Below are positions 36,403-47,135 of a DNA stretch of 47,135 bases, one piece after another. Position 1 is the stretch's first letter, and each line of letters starts with the position of its first letter. The notes beneath the pieces are model-generated. The model was not told where the DNA came from. It made no database searches and saw nothing but the letters and a program-made list of their open reading frames with translations. Position numbers and translations under genes: made by a program. Location of the stretch: positions 76,379,939-76,427,073 of the forward strand of contig NC_057719.1 in assembly GCF_004010195.1 (NCBI RefSeq), read 5' to 3'. Source of the stretch: Chiloscyllium plagiosum (lineage: Eukaryota).

Positions 36403-37514
36403 CTAGAAGAGGGAATACAATTAGCACAAAGAATTAATCTTAAATTAGAGATTAATTATTCTTTATCCTTAAAATAAATTATGTCTGAATATGATTTGGC
36501 AAGTGGTTAACCCTCATTAATTTGACCTTGCAGAATTTTCTCCAATTGTTTGACATTGGGCTGTGTAGATCACAAATTCTCTATTTTAGTTTTCTCCCGT
36601 ACATTAAATAATCTCAACTTCAAAGGTGATAGGCAGTCTTAATACAACTTAGGGTTGAGAAGGGTTCTGCTCTATGGCTCTTCTTTATACTGTGTGCAAA
36701 TCAGATGAAGAGTGGATTATAACTTGTTGAGATGCCTTTGTAGTTGAACACTCTGACTGATTAGCACTGTCCTGACAGAATAGACACTTGGGTAAGGCAC
36801 TGAGGATAATTGACGCTGCTCAAACGATTGCCTTAAGACAAGATGACATCCATGGCATGAAACAAACCTAGCAAATCACTACTGAGAAGGTGGAGCAGCA
36901 TAAATTAAGTCAGGCACTTGGAATAGCCATCGGTAAAATGGTTCAATATGGAACAATTACTGGAATTTTGGCAGCACCAGTTGGATCCCAACCTTAGATA
37001 TATTTTATAAATCAATCTTTTTCCAAGCTATTCATTAACTGTATCTAAATATCAAAACAGACTTGTATTTTTATGATACATTAACACGTCTTCTACAAAA
37101 TTTCAAGGCACCTTGCTTACAATCGAGATACAGTGATTTATTGGAGATAACATGGAAGGCAATCTGCATAAAACAAAGTCCCCAAAGCAGCAACAAAATG
37201 AAGAAGCATCTTTGCTAATGTTGCAAAATAGTGCTGTGCCATCTCAATATCCACACAAACACCACCACAGCAGGTAGATGGGCTAAGAATTTATTCTGAA
37301 GCCTAAGAATTGCACAGTCACTAAGCAGCTATCTCACTTGTGTGACTGAGTGACAAACTGGATTGTTCTTACAGGGGACCTAAACCCTCCATCTTCTGAT
37401 ACAGACACAATGGACCAAAAGGCCTCCTTCCATTCTGCATCAAATGATGATTCTCTTAATGCAGGTTATGGATTCAAATACTATTCCAGAGGCTTCAGAT
37501 TTGCATTGCACTAG

Positions 37515-37847
37515 TGATCTTTGAGAAGATTTGTAGGTTTTGGATGTAGGTTTGCTCACTGAGCTGGAAGGTTCATTTTCAGATGTTTCATCACTATACT
37601 AGGCAACATCTTCAGTGACCCTCCGAGTGAAGCACTGGTGGTGTAGCCCACTTTCTATTTATATACTTGAGTTTCCTAGGTTTGGTGATGTAATTTCCTG
37701 TGGTGGCATCCCAAAAAAGAACAGGAAATAACATCACCATAGGAAATGTCGTCACCATAGGAAATGACATCACTAACCCTAGGAAACTCAAACATATAAA
37801 TAGAAAACAGGCTACACCACCAGTGCTTCATTCGGAGGCCTCACTGA
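37515..37847. mobile_element. Short inverted PLE pair (family C, Poseidon/Penelope-type 3' ends)
   Basis: Minus arm ~37515-37704 and plus arm ~37720-37847 are mutual reverse complements over about 90 bp and homologous to 45270-45496. Confidence 0.8.
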
Positions 37848-38088
37848 CTGTGTGGAGTTTGCACGTTCTCCCCGTGTCTGCGTGGGTTTCCTCCGGGTGC
37901 TCCGGTTTCCTCCCACAGTCACAAAGATGTGCAGGTCAGGTGAATTGGCCATGATAAATTGCCCTTAGTGTTAGATAATAAGGGGTAAATGTAGGGCGAT
38001 GGGTGTGGACTTGTTGGGCCGAAGGGCCTGTTTCCACACTGTAAGTAATCTAATCTAATCTAATCTGTAAGTAATCTAATCTAATCTA
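37843..38088 (+). mobile_element. 5'-truncated young HE1 SINE fused to the PLE arm
   Basis: Starts at actgactgtgtggagtttgcacgttctcccc; tail ctgtaagtaatctaatctaatctaa is duplicated. Confidence 0.9.
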
Positions 38089-38279
38089 AGCAGTTGAACC
38101 ATTCAGTTGGTGAATGGTGACTTAGGGGATACTAAGATCTTTCATCAGTTTGTTTTTCGACATTGACCTTATTTTGATGAGATTTGGAAAGCATTTATTC
38201 CTGGACATTGACAGTTAGGAACAGGCAAAAATCAGGGTTTACATCGCAAGTTACAAACATTAAATACAAAGATTTGTGT

Positions 38280-38340
38280 GGCACCGTGGCTTTATTGATT
38301 AAAGCGCCTGTCCAATAAACAGGACATCCTGGGTTCAAAC
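38280..38340 (+). pseudogene. tRNA-Thr-derived relic (truncated, decayed)
   Basis: GGCACCGTGGCTTTATTGATTAAAGCGCCTGTCCAATAAACAGGACATCCTGGGTTCAAAC aligns by eye to vertebrate tRNA-Thr(AGT) (GGCGCCGTGGCTTAGTTGGTTAAAGCGCCTGTCTAGTAAACAGGAGATCCTGGGTTCGAAT). D-loop GG and anticodon are mutated and the 3' acceptor strand is missing. Confidence 0.75.
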
Positions 38341-38350
38341 TCTGTTTTAT

Positions 38351-38685
38351 GGCAGCACGGTGGCTCAGTGGTTAGCACTGCTGCCTCACAGTGCCAGGGA
38401 CTTGAGTTAAACTCCTGTCTCAGATGACTGTCTGTGTGGAGTTTGCATATTCTCCCCATGTCCGCGTGCGTTTGCTCAGGGTGCTCTGGTTTCCTCCAAC
38501 AACTTAAAGATGTGCAGGTCAAGTGAAATGGCCACGCTAAACTGCCCATAGTGTTATGTGCATTGGTCAGGGTTAAATATAGGGTAGGGGAATGGGTCTG
38601 GGTAGGTTACTCGTCAGTGGGTTGGTGTGGACTTGTTGGGCCGAAGGGCCTGTTTCCATGTTGTAGGGAATCTAATCTAATCTAA
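38351..38685 (+). mobile_element. HE1-type V-SINE, full length
   Basis: ggcagcacggtggctcagtggttagcactgctgcctcacag head, V-domain and (aatct)n tail. Confidence 0.92.
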
Positions 38686-39123
38686 TAATTAGCAAAACCA
38701 TACAAAACACAATGCAGAGCAGCCACACAGAACAAATTACTTGCGGGGTGAGTGGTGGAAAATGCTGCAACCACTATTTGTTCCTTCATCTGTATGAGCT
38801 CTTTTATATAAAATTCAAATATCAGTCAATGCTACAGCTTTGGACTTCACATCTTAATTTTTATCATCTGACATCAAAACCTGAATACACCTCTGCTGCA
38901 ATGTTTTGTACTTTCTGTTAACATTCCCAAAGTAGCCCAGTATAGCTTGAATAAAAACAAACTATTTTGGAATAGTCAAATGGACAAAGAAGTTTGGAAT
39001 GAAACTTTATCAAAACTTCATAAATGTAACAATGTTCTCAGCAGTGGTCCGTGAAGCACTGCAACTCTGGTCTTTAACCAAACTGAAGTCACAACTGCCT
39101 TCTCTGATACAGCTAGGTCTTAC

Positions 39124-39215
39124 CTTGAGTTGGAGAGTATCTATGCTGCTTCCGAATTATATATAGTATGGGCTCCTGAGCATGTAGTAGAATGTATTCC
39201 AAGCCAGTCATGTTG
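39124..39215 (-). CDS. MED6: MED6 exon 3
   Basis: tgcag|C...CAA G|gtaag. Encodes (H)[30 protein letters not shown]; 92 nt, phases compatible. Confidence 0.96.
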
Positions 39216-39404
39216 CTGCATCACAACAAGAGTAAATGATTAGTGAAACTTTTACCATCAATATCAATTCTAAAGCAGAACCAATGTTGGAATTAGTACA
39301 CAGCTTCACAGACAACCCCTGAATGCAGTAACTACATCATCACTAAAAGAATCAGAATGGTGACTGCAGAGGACTCTATATGATGTGTAATGACCATGTC
39401 AGAG

Positions 39405-40470
39405 AATTGTAAGAGATGTTCAACTTGCCTCACTCTCTTGTCTTTTCCCCACAGCCCTGTAAATGTCTTCCCTTTGATTTAATTGTGGATGTCACTTTTG
39501 AAGGCCATCATTGAATCTGCCCCCATCACACTTTCAGGCAATGTACTGCAGGTCCTAACCACTTGCTGAGTAAGAAGAATGGTACCCATGTTATCACTGA
39601 TTTAAGGTGTTTGTCAAAAATACCAGAAAAGTCCTCTGGTTCTTGATATCTATTCAGTCTGGAATGCTCAAGATTAGAGGTATCACTAACAAAATTCTTC
39701 AATCTTCTCTAAGCAGTACAGTTGCAAATTTCCCCAACATTATAGACATTCCACTATCACAAAATACATGTATTTACCATTATTTTCAGTCACTCAGCCT
39801 ACCCCATATCCATGGTGCCACTGTTACTTTTATTCCATGGGTCACAATTTTGTTGACAATCTTATGTGGCAGTTTACCAAAAACCTCTTTTATAAATCTT
39901 TGTTCACCACATCAACTGCATCACCCTCATTAACTTGTTTGAGTTTTTTTTTGCTGACTAAGAGGGGTAAACACAATTTTTTTTTTAAAAAAACAAATCT
40001 GTGCTGGATTTCCATACTTAATTCGCCTTATCCATGTGACTGTTAACTCTGTCCCAGATTGTTTCTAAAAGCTTTCCCACCACTGAGATTAAACTTATCG
40101 AATCAGATTTATCCTTACACAGTTTTATTGTATAAGTATTTAATATTTGTAAACTCCACAGATCTCTGGAACCATCCCTCATATGTAAAGAAGGATTAAA
40201 ATGCTTCTGCAATTTCTATCCTTACCTCCCTCAACATTCACAGATGCGCCCATCAGCTAGTCCTTGGCATTTGTTTTTGAAAAGGTACATCCTGTCTTTC
40301 CAATAATCCCTCTTTATCCATTTTTAGTTCACTCAGCCTACCTCCTCCTTTATTACAACCTAGGCAGCATCCTGCTCTTTGGTAAAAATAGATGCAAAAC
40401 CTTAAAACCTCAGCCAGTGTGTGTAATTTCCTTTTTCGGTCCCTATGTGGCCCCAATCATCCTTTAAGCA
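39405..40470 (-). mobile_element. Highly decayed CR1 LINE fragments in MED6 intron 2
   Basis: Minus ORF fragment ISLISVVGKLLETIWDRV (CR1 RT N-terminal motif SLTSVVGKLLE) plus 3'-end remnants. Confidence 0.6.
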
Positions 40471-40922
40471 TGATTTTACTAAGAGAAGCAAAGTGAAAAA
40501 CTACGACAGAGATCAAAAGAAAAACATGAATTGATGGATTTGAATGTAAAAAGTACAGAAAATTAAGAATAATAGAGATCTTAATATAGAAAATTGCAGT
40601 TCTTAATATCGAAACTTTTGGATAAATTCTTAAATGAGGACTTTACACCTGTGGCTATTAAATCAAAATCAACCTGGCCTTACTGAAGGGGTAATAATTT
40701 CACAATCAAAAGCCCTGACTTCTACTTGGTCTAGAACTACTAACCATATTGTCTTATTGCCATCATATATCATCAAGTTGAATGTCTAGTCAATCTACAA
40801 CAGAGTATGAATGAATTAACTTCAAAAATCATCAATGAATAGAAAATAGACTTGGATATTACACTGCCATTCCAGGAAAATGACTGCATTTTAGGCTGTA
40901 CTGATTATCAAGCAATACCTAC

Positions 40923-41082
40923 TGCAAATGTTCCAAGCTGAGACGTTGCATTTTGACCACCTCATTATTGCAAGTGCGGTCATAAAATGGGTTGCTTCTT
41001 TCAGAGAAGTAGTCAAGCACATTTCCTGGATTTAAGATTGGAATCCAAGCACTGTCCACCCACGAGATCCCCAGGAGGTTAT
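40923..41082 (-). CDS. MED6: Mediator of RNA polymerase II transcription subunit 6, exon 2
   Basis: Minus strand ttaag|AT AAC CTC...TTG CA|gtaggt. Encodes (D)[52 protein letters not shown], near-identical to vertebrate MED6 N-terminus. The short exon 1 with the ATG was not found in the window. Confidence 0.97.
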
Positions 41083-41559
41083 CTTAAGAAATAGGATGAA
41101 ATGAATACAAGAGAAATTTTTTTAAAATGTTAATTGGAATAATTCTTTCAGAATGCAAAGTGGACAAAACACAAATATTGTCACACAGCTTTAACTAAAT
41201 GCACTTGCAGAGATAGCTAGGTATCATAAAAAAAAGCCAGTGAATTTTTCCCATCTGCCATCTTCTGAATGTCTTACGAGGTGATCATTCACACAGCATC
41301 AATTATCCTCCAATGGCTTACCCAAGTGTCCATTCTGTAAGTGTCTACCTGGACAGTGCCAATCAGTCAGGCTGTTCAACTTCAAGTTCTAATCCTCTCT
41401 TCATCTGATTTGCACACATTTAAACAAGAGCCAATATAGTGGGAACCCTGCCTGAATTTCCCTCTCTCAACCCCAAGTCATACCACCTTCAAGATTGAGA
41501 TTATTTAATGCACAGAAGGAAATTCAAACAGAGATACCACAATCTACACAACCCAATGT

Positions 41560-43080
41560 TAGACTGTTGGAGAAAATTCTGAAGGAGAAAATTAATTTTC
41601 TCTTGAACAGGCAAGGTTTGATCAGAGATAATCAGTACAGCTTTGTCAGAGACAAGTCATTTAAACAAATTCAAACTTTTCAAGGGTTGATCAGGTGTGT
41701 ACAAGAGGGCAGTGCAATTGTTATAATTTATATGGATTTCAGCAAAGCTTTTGACAAAGACTCATGTAGGAGACTGATAAAGAAGATAAAATTGGGATCC
41801 AGGGTAAATTGGCTTAGTGGTTGGAGATAAAAAGTGATTATAGAAGTAAAATAAAATAAGGAACTGCTGATACTGGAGATCTGAAACAAATAAAAGCAGA
41901 AATTGCTGGAAACTCAGCAGTTCTGACAGCAAATGTGGACAGAAAACAGAACTAACGTTAAGTCCAGTGATTCTGGCTCAGAAGGGTGGAGAGAGAAGAC
42001 TGATTGGCTGACTGGAGACTCGGGTCCAATGGCACAATACAAGGATCAGTGTTGAGTCCAAGCTGTTTGTGATAATACATAAACAATATATATAAGAATG
42101 TGGGAGAGATGATAAGTAAATTTGTGGATGAAGTGAAGATTGGCTGGGTGGTAGACAGTGAGAAAGAACATCTTAGGTTACACCAAAAGACATAGGAGCA
42201 GAAGTTAGGCCATTCAGCCCATTGAGTCAGCTCTGCCATTCAATCATGGCTGATAAGCTTCTTAAAACCATTCTCCCTGTAACCCGTATCCAGCACGATG
42301 TAGACGGATTCATCAGATGAGCAGATCAGTGACAGGTGGAATTTTAACCATGAACATTGTGAAGTGATACACTTTGTAGGAAGTAGCTAGATAAGGGAAT
42401 ACTTAATGAATGGACCAGGGTGCTCAGAGGAACACAGGGATCTCGAGGCCCACAGATCTCTGAAGGTGACAGGGCAGGCTAGTGTGGCAGTTAAGAAAGC
42501 ATATGGGACACTTGCTGTTATCAGTCCGGAAGGTTACGTTGGAACTTTGATTAAGCCACAGCTGGAGTACTGTGTATAGTTCTTATCATCACACCACAGG
42601 AAGGATACAAATGCAGGGAGGGGTCCAGAGGAGATTTGCCAAGATATTCTTTGTGTTACAGTATTTTAGCTATGATGTGTTACAGTATTTTAGCTGGATA
42701 GGCTCAGGTTATTTTCCTTAGAGCAGAGAATGCTGAAGGGAACCCGACTGAGGTGCTTAAGATCGTAAGGGGCAAGGACGGGGTGAAGACGAAGCATCTG
42801 TTTCCCTTTATTTGAAAGGTAGTGAAGGGGTATCATTTAAAGGGAAGGGCAGGAAGTTTAGAGGGAATTTAAGGAGAATCTATTTCACCCAGAGGGTGAT
42901 GGGAATCTGGCATGCACTGCCTGGGTGGGCAGTAGAGGCAGGACCATTTAAAAAAACACATGGATGAACACTCAAGATGTCATAATATTCAAGGCCATGG
43001 GCCAAGTACTGGAAAATGGGATTTGTGCAGACGGGTCAACAGAGACTTGATGGGCTAAAAGCCCTCTGCATGATTCCATG
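41560..43080 (+). mobile_element. Decayed CR1 LINE RT with small nested inserts (PLE fragment ~41850-41985; inverted CR1 tail ~42185-42285)
   Basis: LLEKILKEKI...GLIRDNQYSFV...IYMDFSKAFDK, then QGSVLSP, SKFVDE (FADD equivalent) and the CR1 3' end. Confidence 0.85.
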
Positions 43081-43334
43081 AAATAAAGGCAATGTATTCA
43101 CTAACTGAACTATATGGAGTCTTAACACAATTATTTCCACCTTTCTCCCCAATTACATCTATAAAGATCCACTCTAGCACTGCAAACGCTTCAAACCTTA
43201 TATTCTGTATTGAAACTCACTCAATTTTGACTCTGGTCTACTGGACACCACCATCTCTGTCTTATCATCTGTGCAATTGTTTCTAGTTTTGACTCCTACT
43301 TTTCAGACATGTTCAGATAAACATGAACAAGCTT

Positions 43335-43680
43335 ACCGTCCAGTGCAGTAGTAACGGAGCGTTGCACAAACTGAACTGCAATCTTTCAGATGAGATGTTA
43401 AACTGAGGCCTGGCCTCTTGGGCCTTCTCAAATAAACGTTTTTAAAAAAATCAAATGACACTATTTGAAAGAGGAAATTTCTTTCAGGGAACCAGACCAG
43501 TAGTAGTCAGTTTGTCAATATCAAGAAATCAAATGATCTGATCACTGTTCTATTGCTGCTGTTGAGATATTGCCAAATAGATGTTGACTGTTAAATTACT
43601 GACAGGACAACAGTTACCAACACATTAAACATATTTCATTTACTGAATAGGCTTTGAACTGTTCTGGCATCATGAATGTT
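43335..43680 (+). mobile_element. Decayed Deu-domain SINE (SacSINE1/AmnSINE1-like)
   Basis: tctttcagatgagatgttaaactgaggcc...cactatttgaaagag...tctgatcactg..attgctg resembles the Deu domain as I recall it. Weaker minus-strand relics at ~3620-3715 and ~37060-37400. Confidence 0.6.
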
Positions 43681-44247
43681 GTCTCACAAAACCTCAGCAA
43701 TAACCTGCCTCCCAAAAGTCTCTGTCCATCCAACATCTTACCATCACACTATAAAACTTCCATTAATACTTATCTACTGAGAATCAGTCTAAGCCTTTTC
43801 ATAAGTTCAAGGCTTGGTACGTATTTATTTAAATTGCTTGATAAAACGGCTATTCTTCTTATTCATTTCTGCATTGGTAAGGAAACTCCACCAGTTCAAC
43901 ACTGAGTTAGCCAAGTTTCTTTAACCAAACTCCCTCCAAAAAAAATAAAAATCCAATCTGATCACATGAAGACATACTTATACTCTATCATCCAATACAC
44001 CGCAGCAAAATCATGACAGATGTTGCAATATATTCAAACAGGCACAACAAATGTCAACAATCAATGTTTCATTCTCCAAATGCTCTGTCCATTTTCACTT
44101 CCTTTCTAAATGTAGGAAGCCCTTTCTCTCAAATTCTGAAATGGGGAACATTTTAACAGACAATAACGATACATATGTTGGAATCTGTAAAAATAGGACA
44201 GATAAATGGAAACCGACATGGAATTGTTCATGGCAAATTGTGTTTGA

Positions 44248-45496
44248 ACGTAGGTTTGCTCACTGAACTGGAAGGTTCATTTCCAGACTACTAGGTAACA
44301 TCTTCAGTGGGCCTCCGGGTGAAGCACTGCTGATAATTCCTGCTTTCTATTTATACGTTTGGGTTTCTTTGTGTTGGTAATGTCATTCCCTGTTCTTTTT
44401 CTCAGGGGGTGGTAGATGAAGTCTAACTCAATGTGTTTGTTGATAGACTTCTGGTTGGAATGCCATGTTTCTAGGAATTCTCGTGCGTGTCTCTTTTTGG
44501 CTTGTCCTAGGATGGATGTGTTGTCCCAATCGAAGTGGTGTCCTTCCTCATCTGCATGTAAGGATACTAGTGAGAGAGGGTCATGTCGTTTTGTGGCTAG
44601 TTGATGTTCATGTATCCTGGTGGCTAGTTTTCTGCCTGTTTGTCCAATGCAGTGTTTGTTACAGTTCTTACACTGTATTTTGTGTATTTTTTAGATTACT
44701 TTCAGTGTGGAAACAGCCCTTTGGCCCAACAGGTCCACACCGACCCGCCGAAGCGCAACCCACCCAGACCCATTCCCCTACATTTACCCTTTCATCTAAC
44801 ACTACGGACAATTTAGCATGGCCAATTCACCTAACCTGCACATTTTTGGATTGTGGGAGAAACCGGAGCACCCGGAGGAAACCCACGCAGACACGGGGAG
44901 AATGTGCAATCTCCACACAGTCAGTCGCCTGAGGTGGGAATTGAACCCGGGTCTCTCGCGCTGTGATGCAACAGTGATAACCACTGTGCCACCCATATTA
45001 GTTTTGTTTATTGTCTGTATAGGGTCTTTCAAGTCCATTAGCTGCTGTTTTAGTGTGTTGGTGGGTTTGTGGGCTACCATGATGGCAAGGAGGTATTCTT
45101 ACTAGTATCCTTACATACAAAGGAGGAAGGACACCACTTCTGTTGGGACAACACATCCACCCTAGGACAAGCCAAACAGAGACACGCATGAGAATTCCTA
45201 GAAGCATGGCACTCCAACCAGAACTCTATCAACAAACACTTCGAGTTGGACCCCATCTACCACCCCCTGAGAAAAAGAACTGGAAATGACATCACCACAA
45301 GAAATGATGTCACCAACCCAAAGAAACCCAAACATATAAATAGAAAGCAGGAATTTTCAACAGTGCTTCGCCTGGAGGCCTACTGAAGATGTCACTTTGT
45401 AGGATGACAAAACGTCTATAAATGAACCTTCCAGCTCAGCGAACAAACTACATCCAGAACCTCAACTTGAGCTACAAATCTTCTGAAAACTCACTA
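44248..45496. mobile_element. Composite tail-out inverted PLE (family C, Poseidon/Penelope-type) with GIY-YIG
   Basis: The minus arm (44248-~45100, split by a SINE) encodes VAHKPTNTLKQQLMDLKDPI...KIQCKNCNKHCIGQTGRKLATRIHEH...GHHFDWDNTSILGQAKKRHAREFLETWHS. The plus arm 45101-45496 repeats the 3' end. Flanked by direct repeat AAATTGTGTTTGA (44235-44247; 45497-45509). Confidence 0.9.
44691..44994 (-). mobile_element. HE1-type V-SINE nested in the PLE endonuclease region
   Basis: Reverse complement of a young HE1 copy, CpG-rich. Confidence 0.92.
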
Positions 45497-46146
45497 AAAT
45501 TGTGTTTGAGTTTCAATGAAGTAACAGTGAGGGTATAGTTGATGTTGTGAGATAATGCAAAGTCATAAACAGCCTAGATCAACCTCAAATGATGGGCAGA
45601 TATAGAAATGGAATAAACGGTTAATGTCCACTCCAAACTTCATTAACTTCTGTCTTTCCAATATTTAGTTGAAGGAAATTTCTACTCACTACTGTAAATA
45701 TCAAACCACAGGTAGAATGATCAAGAAGGGCAATGCTGAGGTAAATTTGGGTGCAGATTCCATACAAGTGGAAACACTGTTTTCAGATGTTGTCTCTGAG
45801 TGCAAAATGCAATCAAGAAAGAGGAGGGGACAGAGGATACATCCTTGGGGTTCCAGAGGTACCAACGCAGGATGAAAAGTTATTGCAACTGATTTTCCTA
45901 AGAATCAACTGAGTATATGGTCTCAACCATCTGGACAAAAGATGAGAGAAGTTGATGAGGTTAGCAGCATCAAAAACTGCAAGGCCAAGAAGGTTGAAAA
46001 GCAATAGTTAGAGTCACGTTGGAGGTCAATCTGCAGCTTCAGTAAGATATATTTCAAAAATGCAAACTTGATTAGAGGGATTCAAACATGGAGATGTAAA
46101 GATGGCCACAGATTTGGAAAGTAAAACAGAAGCACACTTGAAAGGA

Positions 46147-46380
46147 TCACACAACACAGGTTATAGTCCAACAGGTTTATTTGACAGTATAAGCTTTCGG
46201 AGTGCTGCTCCTTCGTCAGGTAGCTAGTGGGGCAGGTACATAGGACACAGAATTTGTAAGTAAAAGATCAAAGTGGGATACAACTGATGCAATGTATTTG
46301 GCTAACCTAGATGCTGTTAAGTATTTAATCATTTAGAATGGGGATGCAGGTTTTGATTGACGAATATGTAAATCCCAGAA
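46147..46380 (-). mobile_element. PLE family B-related 3' fragment, interrupted by a young CR1
   Basis: tcacacaacacaggttatagtccaacagg...aagctttcggagtgctgctccttcgtcaggta; hammerhead-like core variant CUGACGA. Confidence 0.75.
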
Positions 46381-47135
46381 CAGAACATAGAACATAGAAC
46401 AATACAGCACAGAACAGGCCCTTCGGCCCACGATGTTGTGCCGAACATTTGTCCTAGCTTAAGCACCCATCCATGTACCTATCCAATTGCCGCTTAAAGG
46501 TTACCAATGATTCTGACTCTGCCACTCCCACAGGCAGCGCATTCCATGCCCCAACCACTCTTTGGGTAAAGAACCTACCCCTGACATCCCCCCTATATCT
46601 TCCACCCTTCACCTTAAATTTATGTCCCCTTGTAACACTCTGTTGTACCCGGGGAAAAAGTTTCTGACTGTCTACTCTATCTATTCCTCTGATCATCTTA
46701 AAAACCTCTATCAAGTCACCCCTCATCCTTCGCCGTTCCAATGAGAAAAGGCCTAGCACTCTCAACCTACTGACTGTCTACTCTATCTATTCCTCTGATC
46801 ATCTTAAAAACCTCTATCAAGTCACCCCTCATCCTTCGCCGTTCCAATGAGAAAAGGCCTAGCACTCTCAACCTATCCTTGTACGACCTATTCTCCATTC
46901 CAGGCAACATCCTGGTAAATCTTCTCTGCACCCTCTCCAAAGCTTCCACATCTTTCCTAAAGTGAGGCGACCAGAACTGCACACAGTACTCCAACTGTGG
47001 CCTAACCAAAGTCCTGTACAGCTGCAACATCACTTCACGACTCTTGAATTCAATCCCTCTGCTAATGAACGATAATACTCCATAGACCTTCTTACAAACT
47101 CTATCCACCTGAGTGGCAACCTTCAAAGACCTATG
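46381..47135 (-). mobile_element. Young CR1 LINE 3' portion (continues beyond window) with internal 106-bp tandem duplication
   Basis: Clean ORFs ...LYRTLVRPQLEYCVQFWSPHFRKDVEALERVQRRFTRMLPG...TRGHKFKVKGGRYRGDVRGRFFTQRVVGAWNALP...MDGCLS* and a (ttctatg)n tail. Confidence 0.95.

Noticed and set aside
42652..42695. 20-bp direct repeat tgtgttacagtattttagct
   Set aside because: Small local duplication within a dead CR1; no sign of function.

Overview
Eukaryotic (vertebrate) genomic DNA, almost certainly an elasmobranch (shark), inferred from abundant HE1-type V-SINEs and CR1 LINEs. It holds two convergent, intact, spliced genes, each missing its first exon. (1) On +, a flavin polyamine oxidase (PAOX/SMOX family) with PAOX-type exon structure; six coding exons at 709-1171, 5081-5274, 9549-9801, 15780-15892, 16417-16580 and 20456-20578 splice in frame to about 436 aa. 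It ends ...NHYSTK* with no peroxisomal targeting tripeptide. (2) On -, MED6 (Mediator subunit 6), exons 2-8 between 41082 and 31413. The rest is introns and an intergenic spacer full of retroelements: CR1 LINEs, HE1 SINEs, Deu-type and other tRNA-SINEs, a Tx1-like 3' end, and at least three families of Penelope-like elements (PLEs). There is an 875-N assembly gap at 8097-8971. The most interesting signals all involve PLEs: covarying minimal hammerhead-ribozyme-like motifs with a 4-nt palindromic stem III in three families, two tail-out inverted insertions with 10- and 13-bp target-site duplications, and an apparent PLE-bridged ~1-kb inversion with inverted duplications at both breakpoints (5436-6915). 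All calls were made by eye; repeat boundaries are approximate and family names rest on recalled consensus motifs, not database searches.
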